This document shows positions 1 through 7,372 of a stretch of DNA of 13,990 nt, in pieces (position 1 is the stretch's first letter; each line of letters starts with the position of its first letter). This DNA comes from an uncultured Deinococcales bacterium (GTDB taxonomy: Bacteria > Deinococcota > Deinococci > Deinococcales > JAAFIG01). The stretch spans positions 1-13,990 of the forward strand of contig CAXTTL010000128.1 in assembly GCA_964247135.1 (NCBI GenBank). Direction: 5' to 3'. The notes beneath the pieces were generated by a model. It saw only the letters and a list, made by a program, of their open reading frames with translations, searched no databases and was not told the origin of the DNA. A program made the translations under genes and the position numbers.

Positions 1-487
1 CCAAGCGCAACACCTCGAGTTCACGTTCGGTCAAGAGGTTCTCGAGCGGCGCGGTCTGAGGTTGCGTGAGTTCGCGCACCAGTTTGGCGGCGATGGCTGG
101 ATGCAACCACGATTCGCCGCGATGCACCGCACGAATGCCGCGCAGCAGATCATCGGGGCTGGATTCTTTTAACAGATACCCGAGCGCCCCAGCTTTGAGC
201 GCCGCAAAGACCTTGTCGTCTTCGACATAACTGGTCAAGACCAAGACTCGCGCTCGAGGATTCTGCTGACGAATCGCGCTGATCGCCCCGATGCCGTCAA
301 GTTTTGGCATCGAAAGGTCCATCAAAATCACGTCCGGCTGGCAGCCTCGCACCCGCTCGAGCGCCTCGAGTCCATCGCCCGCTTGACCCACAACCTGAAG
401 TCCGTCCTCACTGGAAATCAAGGCGATCAGACCCGCTCGGACCACGGTGTGATCTTCAGCGACAAACACCCGAATGGTTTCACTCAT
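1..487 (-). CDS. NarL/LuxR-family two-component response regulator (3' end beyond window)
   Basis: Not in the ORF track; translated by hand from ATG at 487: MSETIRVFVAEDHTVVRAGL...PDVILMDLSMPKLDG...VLVLTSY...AGALGYLLKE...LLTERELEVLRL. This is a receiver domain (ED, phospho-Asp in MDL, T, K) plus the start of a LuxR HTH. GGAGG RBS at 496-500. Confidence 0.95.
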   Translation of the reverse strand, partial: MSETIRVFVAEDHTVVRAGLIALISSEDGLQVVGQAGDGLEALERVRGCQPDVILMDLSMPKLDGIGAISAIRQQNPRARVLVLTSYVEDDKVFAALKAGALGYLLKESSPDDLLRGIRAVHRGESWLHPAIAAKLVRELTQPQTAPLENLLTERELEVLRL

Positions 488-576
488 GCCCGACCCCTCC
501 AGGTTGGTCTGTTGGTGGTGAAAGCATACCAGAACGGGTCACTGCCCCAAGTCATTGACGAAATAGGAATTAAACT

Positions 577-653
577 CCCTTCTCTCCTCGGAGAGAAGCG
601 CCCCAAGCCCGAAGTTGCTGCGGTAAGGGGCAAGACGGGTTGGGGATGAGAGG
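577..653 (-). repeat. REP-like palindromic repeat carrying mini-element copy A
   Basis: Minus strand reads CCTCTCATCCCCAACCCG[insert]TTCTCTCC-GA-GGAGAGAAG. It is an inverted match to 2940-3008. Confidence 0.8.
598..635 (-). mobile_element. Putative very small mobile element, copy A (divergent)
   Basis: TCTT-GCCCC-TTACCGCA-GCAACTTCGGGC-TT-GGGGC-GC on the minus strand. Confidence 0.55.
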
Positions 654-748
654 AGATAAGACGATTGCTGATTTTTGTGTCTGAAGCGCAAAAATAACGA
701 TGCCGGAGTCAATGATTTTGTGCTCATTTTGGCATCAAAAGCTCGAGT

Positions 749-2791
749 TCACCATTGGCGCGGCAGATACGGAACACGCACCCGTACCCTCGTCCCCTGA
801 CCAGCTTGGGATTCAATTTCAAAACTGCCGCCCAGTTTTTCGGCGCGTTGCCGCATGGCTTGCAGACCGATGCCATTGGACAATAAGCCCGTGTCAAAAC
901 CGCGACCATCGTCTTCAATCTCGAGTTGAAGTTCGGGTTTTAAAGCATTTTGGTGTAACTCGAGCTTGACTTTAACGGTTTGCGCTTGTGCGTGGCGCAG
1001 AGCGTTGTTCAGTGCGCCTTGAGCGATCAAGAACAACTGGTCTTCAGTTGTTTGATCGAGCAAGCTTTCGAGGTTGGTCTCGAGGCTTGTCCTAACCCCA
1101 GCGCGTTCTTCGACGGCATCCAGGCGGCGGCGCAGCGCCGTGACCAAACCAACACTTTCAAGGGCGGCTGGGCGCAACTCGTGGAGCATCAAACGCATTT
1201 CCTTGAGGGTTTGCTGGGCGGTGTCGCGCAGCATCTCGAGGTGGTCTTGGGCGGATTTGACGTTGCCTTTTTCGGCTTGGCGACGACCCGTTTCGGCAAA
1301 CAAGGTCAGGCTGTAGAGGGCTTGGGTCACGGAATCGTGCAATTCGCGCGAGAGCCGTTCGCGTTCCTCGAGCACCGCCATCTGTCCAGAGCGTTCTCGG
1401 AGGCGGTCATTCTCGAGTGCCAGTGCGCCGTGTTCTGCAAAGTTTTTGACCACTGCAAGCTCCTCCTCAAAAAAATCTCGTGACTCGAACGAGAACAGCA
1501 CCAAGCAGCCATGCACTTCGTTCATGATGATGATTGGTGCGACCAGAACGGCATGAAACGGGCTGACTTGACCGAACGTACCCGTCACATCGGACACCGA
1601 AACGGCTTCGCGTGAACGGGTGGCTTCCGCCAGCAAAAATTCAAACCAGGCGGCTTGAGCCACCAGCGCTTTGTGATCCTCGAGTCCCTGAGCGCCTTGG
1701 ATGCTCGGCAAGCCATCGATTTTGGACAAGCCACATACTGCCCCAGCGTCCAGTCCCAACAAGCGTCCAGCCTGTTCGACAATAAATGCCAAAATTTGCT
1801 CGAGGTCACGGCTGGAATTCAGGATCGAGAGCGTGCCTTGCAATGATTCTGCCACCTGCCGACGGCGTTCAATTTCTCTGGTGCGGGTTTTGACGCGACT
1901 CTCGAGCAGCGTCATGGTTTGAGTGCGTTCGATCTCGATTTTGCGGCGTTCGGTGACATCGCTGACCAGCATCACCCTGGCGGGTTGTCCACCCAGTTCG
2001 AGCGCATAACTCGAGGTTTCGACCTCGATCAGGCGTCCATCGCGGACACGATGCCGCTCTGCCTCGAGTGGCTTGCCGTTTGGGGCTTCGGTCAAGTCGG
2101 AGAGGTTCATGCGACACAGTTCAGCCTCGGTATAACCATACAGTTGCACGGCTGCGGGGTTGACCCCGCGAATCTCGAGGGTTTGAACATCGCAAACAAA
2201 TATTGGCAATGGGTTTGACTCGAACAAACCACGATACCGCGCTTCGGACTCGCGCAGCGCCCGCATGGTGCGTTGACGCTCGAGTTCAGAAGCCGCCCGC
2301 GCCGCGAAAATACGCAGCACGTTGGCGGCAGGGGTGTCCTCCGGCATGGGTTTTCGGTCAACCACCACCAGATGCCCAATCACCTGAAATATCGAATCGA
2401 GCAGCGGTAAACCGATATAACTTTCGGCAAGGCGGTCCGGTTCGGCGGGGAACAGTTGCGCCAGTTCGCGCGGCACAAAATATTCACGACCCTCAAGCAC
2501 CAACTCGCAAGGCAAACCCGCCACCGCGTATTCGGTGGTGGCAATCAACATCCCCGCCTCGAGGCTGGCAAGCTCACGGACGCTCTGAGGGGTTGCCATC
2601 AAACATTCGGTGACAAACACCACATGGACATTCAAGGCTGCCGCCACGTGTTGCACCAGCATATCGAAGAAGGCTTGACCCGTGACCCCTGCCGTGCCTT
2701 GCGCGATGACCCGCAGCAAAATCACAGCATCGTCCGACCAACCAAGTTGGGCTTCAGGCTCGAGATTGCTGGTTGACGGGGCATCATTCAT
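749..2791 (-). CDS. Cytoplasmic sensor histidine kinase, GAF-PAS-GAF-HisKA_3-HATPase_c
   Basis: H-box ERERLSRELHDSVTQ, N-box ALNNALRHA, G1 IEDDGRGF, G2 GIGL...SQAGQGT. PAS entry ESEARYRGLFESNP. GAF-like segments (YIGLPLL..IGHLVVVD; LVAPII..HGCLVL). No obvious TM helix. AGGTG upstream. Confidence 0.95.
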   Translation of the reverse strand: MNDAPSTSNLEPEAQLGWSDDAVILLRVIAQGTAGVTGQAFFDMLVQHVAAALNVHVVFVTECLMATPQSVRELASLEAGMLIATTEYAVAGLPCELVLEGREYFVPRELAQLFPAEPDRLAESYIGLPLLDSIFQVIGHLVVVDRKPMPEDTPAANVLRIFAARAASELERQRTMRALRESEARYRGLFESNPLPIFVCDVQTLEIRGVNPAAVQLYGYTEAELCRMNLSDLTEAPNGKPLEAERHRVRDGRLIEVETSSYALELGGQPARVMLVSDVTERRKIEIERTQTMTLLESRVKTRTREIERRRQVAESLQGTLSILNSSRDLEQILAFIVEQAGRLLGLDAGAVCGLSKIDGLPSIQGAQGLEDHKALVAQAAWFEFLLAEATRSREAVSVSDVTGTFGQVSPFHAVLVAPIIIMNEVHGCLVLFSFESRDFFEEELAVVKNFAEHGALALENDRLRERSGQMAVLEERERLSRELHDSVTQALYSLTLFAETGRRQAEKGNVKSAQDHLEMLRDTAQQTLKEMRLMLHELRPAALESVGLVTALRRRLDAVEERAGVRTSLETNLESLLDQTTEDQLFLIAQGALNNALRHAQAQTVKVKLELHQNALKPELQLEIEDDGRGFDTGLLSNGIGLQAMRQRAEKLGGSFEIESQAGQGTRVRVRVPYLPRQW

Positions 2792-2821
2792 GGAAGTTCA
2801 CCTTTTTGCGAGTGTCAAGAG

Positions 2822-2851
2822 ATTCTAATCCTCGATCCTCTTGAGCGGCAA
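2822..2851 (-). promoter_or_regulatory. Putative sigma70-type promoter for the kinase/regulator pair
   Basis: TTGCCG-18 nt-TAGAAT on the minus strand, with the -10 ending 30 nt before the kinase ATG. Confidence 0.45.
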
Positions 2852-2867
2852 AATCTTTTTCCCTCTC

Positions 2868-2940
2868 TCTTGACCATAAAACGCACCTTCTTGGTTTCAA
2901 GACGCACCTCACGGGCGAAACCGCTTGCGGGCATGGTCGC
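2868..2940 (+). mobile_element. Putative very small mobile element, copy B (interrupted by copy C)
   Basis: TCTT-GACCAT-AAAAC-GCACCT[copy C]TTGCGGGC-ATGGTC-GC. Confidence 0.65.
2889..2924 (+). mobile_element. Putative very small mobile element, copy C (nested in B)
   Basis: TCTT-GGTTTC-AAGAC-GCACCTCACGGGC-GAAACC-GC. Confidence 0.65.
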
Positions 2941-2954
2941 TCATCCCCAACCCG

Positions 2955-2989
2955 TCTTGACCATAAAACGCACCTTCGGGCATGGTCGC
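2955..2989 (+). mobile_element. Putative very small mobile element, copy D
   Basis: TCTT-GACCAT-AAAAC-GCACCTTCGGGC-ATGGTC-GC. Confidence 0.65.
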
Positions 2990-3135
2990 TTCTCTCCTCG
3001 GAGAGAAGCGAGTTTTGGTTTATTACACGTGTAGCTCGAGATTTCACCTCCTCCCTGCGGGAGAAGGTGGCGCGTAGCGCCGGATGAGGGCTTTGGGCGA
3101 GTGCTGATTCGTTTTTCGTGTCAGGCATAGGTCTC

Positions 3136-3459
3136 TTAGGTTTTGTTCGCGTCATCCTCGAGTTGCAACCCTCTAGAGATGTACCAATCCAATCCCGTTC
3201 TGATGCCCGCCACCGCCGCCAGCCGCGCAATTTCGGACCAATTCGGCGCTCGCAGGGTTGCCAGAATGTCCGCCGCCAGCAGAAACTCGAGCGCCAAAAG
3301 CAAAGACCGTGCGAACTCGAGTTGCACGGCTCGAATGCCGTGTGTGATGACGCGCAGGCTCGAGATGAAACCCAGCAAAATTGTGATTGCCGAGAGCGTC
3401 TGAAAGCCAATGCCGAGAATTTCGGCGAGGGCGTTGGCGCTGGTGTGCAAAATGTCCAT
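3136..3459 (-). CDS. DUF1622-family membrane protein (107 aa)
   Basis: Motif RSLLLALEFLLAADILAT..P....ARLAAVAGIRT. Start placed at ATG 3459 (MDILH), which overlaps the upstream SDR stop as TGATG. Confidence 0.85.
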   Translation of the reverse strand: MDILHTSANALAEILGIGFQTLSAITILLGFISSLRVITHGIRAVQLEFARSLLLALEFLLAADILATLRAPNWSEIARLAAVAGIRTGLDWYISRGLQLEDDANKT

Positions 3460-4214
3460 CAGGTTTCGCCGCCCACCAGACCCTCGCCGCCATCCACGCG
3501 CATGATCGTGCCGGTGGCAAAATCGTTGCTCGAGAGAAACACGCACGCCCTGGCGATATCTTCGGGCGTGCCAATCCGGCGCAACGGCAAACCTCGAGCG
3601 ATGGTTTCAAGTGCGCCTTCTGGTTCGCCGGCGGGTCGCAGGACTGGACCTGGCACGACGCAATTGACGCGAATGTTGTGCGCTGCTAGCGCCAGTGCCG
3701 CCACCTGGGTCAGTTGAATCACGCCCGCTTTTGCCACGCTGTGATGCGGTCTGGCAGCCCAAGGTTTTAAACCGCTGTTGTCGCTGAGATTGATGATCGA
3801 ACCACCTCGAGCACCTTTCAGCATCAATTTTGCCGCGTGCTGGGTGCAGAGAAACACGCCTGAAAGATTCGTGCCGATGACCGATTGCCATTCCTCAAAA
3901 TCGATCTCGAGAAAATTGGCTTTCTTAAAACTTGCCGCGCTGTTGACCAGCACATCCAAACGTCCGTAATGGGCTTGGGTGGCAGCGAACATTCGCTCGA
4001 CTTCGGCTGGTTTGGATTGATCCGCCTGCACAATGATCGCCTCCACCCCGAGCGCTCGAGCTTCCTGGGCAGCACTTTCGGCATCGCCTGCCGAGTTGCT
4101 GTGATGAATCACCAGGTTTGCACCCTGGCGTGCAAACTCGAGCGCGATGGCACGACCCACCCGTCGCGCCGAACCTGTGACCAAGACCACCGCATCCTTC
4201 AAACTGGTTTGCAT
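3459..4214 (-). CDS. SDR oxidoreductase, pteridine reductase/FolM-like (251 aa)
   Basis: TGSARRVGRAIA Rossmann variant, VNSA, INLSD, IRVNCVVPG, VDGG. Start placed at ATG 4214 (MQTSLKD), coupled to the GMC stop as TGATG. Confidence 0.9.
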   Translation of the reverse strand: MQTSLKDAVVLVTGSARRVGRAIALEFARQGANLVIHHSNSAGDAESAAQEARALGVEAIIVQADQSKPAEVERMFAATQAHYGRLDVLVNSAASFKKANFLEIDFEEWQSVIGTNLSGVFLCTQHAAKLMLKGARGGSIINLSDNSGLKPWAARPHHSVAKAGVIQLTQVAALALAAHNIRVNCVVPGPVLRPAGEPEGALETIARGLPLRRIGTPEDIARACVFLSSNDFATGTIMRVDGGEGLVGGET

Positions 4215-5761
4215 CAGCTTGACCTCACATTCAGTCGCTCGAGCAAATGGTCTGCCACCCGCAAACTGTTGGCAATCACGGTCAAGGACGGGTTGACCGC
4301 GCCGCAAGACGGAAAGAAACTCGCATCGACCACGTAGAGGTTCTCGAGTTCGTGGGCTTTGCAATTCAAATCCAGCACGCTCGAGTTTGGGTCTGTTCCA
4401 AAACGCATCGTGCCGTTTTGATGTGCCAGATTGAAAGCAAATTTGCTTCCCAGGTAGGCATCAATTGGGATCATGTGCTCATGGCAACCAATGTAGGACA
4501 GCAATTCGCGCAATTTGGCGATCAGGCGTTCGTGTGCCTCGAGGTTGTTTTTGACGTAATGCAGTTCGATCTCGCCCTGAGCATTGACCGTGACCCGATT
4601 TTCTGGGTCGGGCAGGTCTTCGGATTGCAACCAGAAATCGAGCGAGTGCGCCGCCATGTCTGCATAACTCATGCCCTCGAACGGCATCGGGGTTTCAAAC
4701 GCCATCAGCACCTCATCGACCTTGCCGAGCATCTGAATCAAACCCATTGGGTACTGCCAGTCGCTCGAGGCTTGATAAAAATCACTGATTGCCAAAGTCT
4801 TTTGGAAGCGGCTGTCATTTGGTTCTTTGGAGATGGCAAGAAAGGTCGAATTTTGATGGCACATGTAATTTCGCCCCACCAGATCAGAGCCGTTCGCCAA
4901 ACCACGCGGATGCTGATCGTTTTTGGATCGCAGCATGACCGCCGCCGAGTTTGCCGCCCCCGCCGCCAGCACCACCAGATCAGCCGTGAAGGTCTCGAGT
5001 TTGCCCTCATGAAGCGCAATCACTGTTCTGACCTCACGCCCCGAAGCGTCCGTCTCGAGACGCTCAACCTTGCGACCCGTCAGCAAGGTCACGTTTTCAA
5101 ACCCGAGCGCGGGCTTGAGCGCCACCACATGCGCATCGGCTTTGGCTTCGGTCGGGTCTGGATAGCCGTCAAAATGCCCCAGAACGGTGGGCGCAGCAGG
5201 CAGTGGCGCATCTTGCCCAAGCCTCACCCCGAGGGGCAAAGGAAAGGGTTTCAGCCCCAATTTTTGCAAATCAAGCTCGAGTTGCGCCACCCGAGGATCG
5301 TGCGGAATCGGCGCGAACGGATACGCTGCATTCGTGGCGGGTTCGGTTGGGTCGCGCCCACGCTCGCCATGAACGCTGTACAAACGCTCCGCACGGCTGT
5401 AATACGGCTCGAGGTCCTTGTACGAAATACCCCAAGCTGGAGAAACCCCGCCCACATGTTCGACCCGTTCAAAATCGGATTCGCGCAAACGAAACATTGC
5501 CGCGCCAAACATTTTGGTGTTGCCGCCAACCCAGTAATGAATCTCAGGACGGAAGGCTTTGTCGTTGTGATACCAGGTTTCATCGGTCTGATAACGCCTG
5601 TCCACAAAGACCGCTTTGGTGTCCCAATTCTCGCGTTCGCGCGGCAAGAATTCACCCCGCTCGAGCACCAAAATACGTTTGCCCGAAGGTGCAAGGGCTT
5701 GCAGCATCGTGCCGCCCCCCGCCCCCGTGCCAATGACAATCACATCAAAATGTTGGTTCAT
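4214..5761 (-). CDS. GMC-family FAD oxidoreductase
   Basis: GTGAGG FAD motif, ILVLERG, VGGNT, SDLVGRNYMCH, C-terminal HQNGTMRFG and NLYVVDASFFPS..AVNPSLT. GAGGAG RBS. Confidence 0.95.
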   Translation of the reverse strand: MNQHFDVIVIGTGAGGGTMLQALAPSGKRILVLERGEFLPRERENWDTKAVFVDRRYQTDETWYHNDKAFRPEIHYWVGGNTKMFGAAMFRLRESDFERVEHVGGVSPAWGISYKDLEPYYSRAERLYSVHGERGRDPTEPATNAAYPFAPIPHDPRVAQLELDLQKLGLKPFPLPLGVRLGQDAPLPAAPTVLGHFDGYPDPTEAKADAHVVALKPALGFENVTLLTGRKVERLETDASGREVRTVIALHEGKLETFTADLVVLAAGAANSAAVMLRSKNDQHPRGLANGSDLVGRNYMCHQNSTFLAISKEPNDSRFQKTLAISDFYQASSDWQYPMGLIQMLGKVDEVLMAFETPMPFEGMSYADMAAHSLDFWLQSEDLPDPENRVTVNAQGEIELHYVKNNLEAHERLIAKLRELLSYIGCHEHMIPIDAYLGSKFAFNLAHQNGTMRFGTDPNSSVLDLNCKAHELENLYVVDASFFPSCGAVNPSLTVIANSLRVADHLLERLNVRSS

Positions 5762-5780
5762 GATTTACTCCTCTCGAGTC

Positions 5781-6083
5781 TTAGAGCAAAAACATCTGCT
5801 CGAGTCGCCGCGCCGTAAATTCCGCCCAGGACAAGCCGTGTCCCTCGCGCACATGGTCTTGGTTGATGTCAAACAACAATTTGCCAAACGAAGCTGCATC
5901 AAATTGTTCTGCCTCAAAACGCGTTCCCAGCAATTCTGGCAAGCCGTTTTTCAGCGCCCAATCCGCGTACCAAACTGCCCAGTCTTGATCGTAAACACCC
6001 TTCAAAACGCTGGTTTCATACACCCCATGCGCAGAACCCGCGCGGCGCAGCAAGGTCGTGATTTGAGTCTCGAGATTGTTCAT
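5781..6083 (-). CDS. Hypothetical protein (100 aa, Trp-rich)
   Basis: GGAGG RBS, co-oriented, stop 19 bp before the GMC start. Protein-like sequence (AHGVYE...DQDWAVWYADW...SWAEFTARRL). Confidence 0.8.
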   Translation of the reverse strand: MNNLETQITTLLRRAGSAHGVYETSVLKGVYDQDWAVWYADWALKNGLPELLGTRFEAEQFDAASFGKLLFDINQDHVREGHGLSWAEFTARRLEQMFLL

Positions 6084-6153
6084 GAATTCCCCTCCAAAGT
6101 TTGTTTTTTGTCAGTCTCTCGAGCGTGAGAAAACGTTTCAGACTCTTAAAAGT

Positions 6154-6370
6154 CACCCCCTGCGAAAGTAGGGGTCGCCGCTTGTAACAGAATTCTCAGC
6201 ATATTTTGTGACTCGAGCGTGACCAGTCATTGCGGCGGGGGGTCGTGCAAGATTCAGTCGATTTACCAATTCCGCACGACCCCTCCGTCTCTCGCTGCGC
6301 TCTCTTGACCCTAAAGATGCACCTGACGGGCTGAGTCGCTCGAGCCACCTCCCCTACTGCGCAGGGGAGA
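6154..6370. repeat. Inverted pair of REP-like units (REPIN-like) with internal insertions
   Basis: Left CCCCCT..AGGGG-TCGCCGC..GCGGC-GGGGGGTCGTGC; right GCACGACCCC-TCCG..CCACCTCCCCT..AGGGGAG. Perfect 10-bp central IR GGGGTCGTGC/GCACGACCCC. Confidence 0.8.
6303..6339 (+). mobile_element. Putative very small mobile element, copy E
   Basis: TCTT-GACCCT-AAAGAT-GCACCTGACGGGC-TGAGTC-GC, flanked by GCTC on the left and TCGAG on the right. Confidence 0.6.
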
Positions 6371-6434
6371 ACTAACGGCACTGGATTTCTGTTGTGGTCG
6401 ATCTTCCTGCAACATCACCTCGAGCCATCACGGT

Positions 6435-7370
6435 TTAACGAATCGCCAGTGGCGCAACCCACGCCCCCGTCGCCCCGCGCACTTTGGCGTGAGAAACAAC
6501 GAACATAAATTCATAAACAACATCTCGAGCCAGTTCCTCGAGTTTTAGATTCTCGAGGATGAACACCCCGTGTTTGACGTTCAGGGTTTGCGGGACTTCA
6601 AACGGGCGATCTGGATTCTCAAATGGCACAGCGCCGTAACTCCAAGTGTCGCAACCACTGAGGGCGATGCGTTGCTCGACCAACCATTGTGCCAGCGCCA
6701 AACCAGGACCAGGTTCAGCAGCCAGGTACGCGGCGTTGTCCAGCATCCAATACGCGCCCCAGCCCGTGTGAAACAAGACCGCATCGCCAGCGCGAAGCTC
6801 GAGGTGTTGACGCTCGAGGGCTTGTTGGGCGTCTTGAACGGTAATGGCATAACCGCCCTCGAGTCGTGTCACGCCTTTGAGCGCCGCAATGTCGAGCAAA
6901 ACCCCTCGAGTCACAATTTGCGGGACGGTTTCGATGCCGAGTTTGTTCGTGCCGTAAGGTTCGATGATCTCAGGCAGGGCGAAACCGTTGTAACAATGCC
7001 CTCCAATTTGAAGGTGGTTCAAGCCGTCCAAATGCGTGCCAAGTTGCGAGGTGCTCGAGGTGATTTCAACAATCCAATTCACATCGTTTTCGCCCCAACC
7101 GCCCATTGCGCCGTGATCGGGTCGTCGCGCATTTTCTTGGTGTGCGGTGGCGGTCAGGTGCTGGCGGAAACTGCGCCCTGGAAAGGCGGGAACGTGTTCG
7201 TCCAAAACATGCGCCAGGTCATAGACTTGCCCTTGATGCACCAACTGGGCAGCCCTGACCACCTGCTCGAGTCCAATTTCGTTCAACGCCCCGATTTGAT
7301 CGTCCGTGCCGTACCGCCCTGGAAACCAGCTTTCTCGAGCTTGGGTTGTGGCTGACCGCGAGTTGTTCAT
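6435..7370 (-). CDS. Cyclase-family (kynurenine formamidase-like) metal-dependent hydrolase
   Basis: QLGTHLDGLNH metal motif, TRGVLLDI, GDAVLFHTGW, EPG, GCDT, GVFILENL, GATGAWVAPLAI. Confidence 0.92.
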   Translation of the reverse strand: MNNSRSATTQARESWFPGRYGTDDQIGALNEIGLEQVVRAAQLVHQGQVYDLAHVLDEHVPAFPGRSFRQHLTATAHQENARRPDHGAMGGWGENDVNWIVEITSSTSQLGTHLDGLNHLQIGGHCYNGFALPEIIEPYGTNKLGIETVPQIVTRGVLLDIAALKGVTRLEGGYAITVQDAQQALERQHLELRAGDAVLFHTGWGAYWMLDNAAYLAAEPGPGLALAQWLVEQRIALSGCDTWSYGAVPFENPDRPFEVPQTLNVKHGVFILENLKLEELARDVVYEFMFVVSHAKVRGATGAWVAPLAIR

Positions 7371-7372
7371 GG

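Larger units (their letters stand above)
2861..3090. repeat. Inverted pair of REP-like units (REPIN-like) containing three mini-element copies
   Basis: Left unit CCCTCTC..TCATCCCCAACCCG..CTTCTCTCCTCGGAGAGAAG (2861-3008). Right unit CCTCCTCCCTGCGGGAGAAGG-TGGCGCGTAGCGCC-GGATGAGGG (3047-3090), in the opposite orientation. Confidence 0.8.

Noticed and set aside
2868-2989. CRISPR array from the repeated TCTTGACCATAAAACGCACCTTC units
   Set aside because: The units are nested and dispersed, lack regular unique spacers, and there are no cas genes in the window.
2784-3410. 208-aa minus-strand ORF
   Set aside because: It overlaps DUF1622 out of frame and runs through the REP cluster; its repeated RCVLWSR is the translated mini-element.
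4247-5818. 523-aa plus-strand ORF and similar long antisense ORFs (6570-7355, 7667-8173, 12181-12762)
   Set aside because: Antisense shadows of well-supported genes, with no recognisable motifs.
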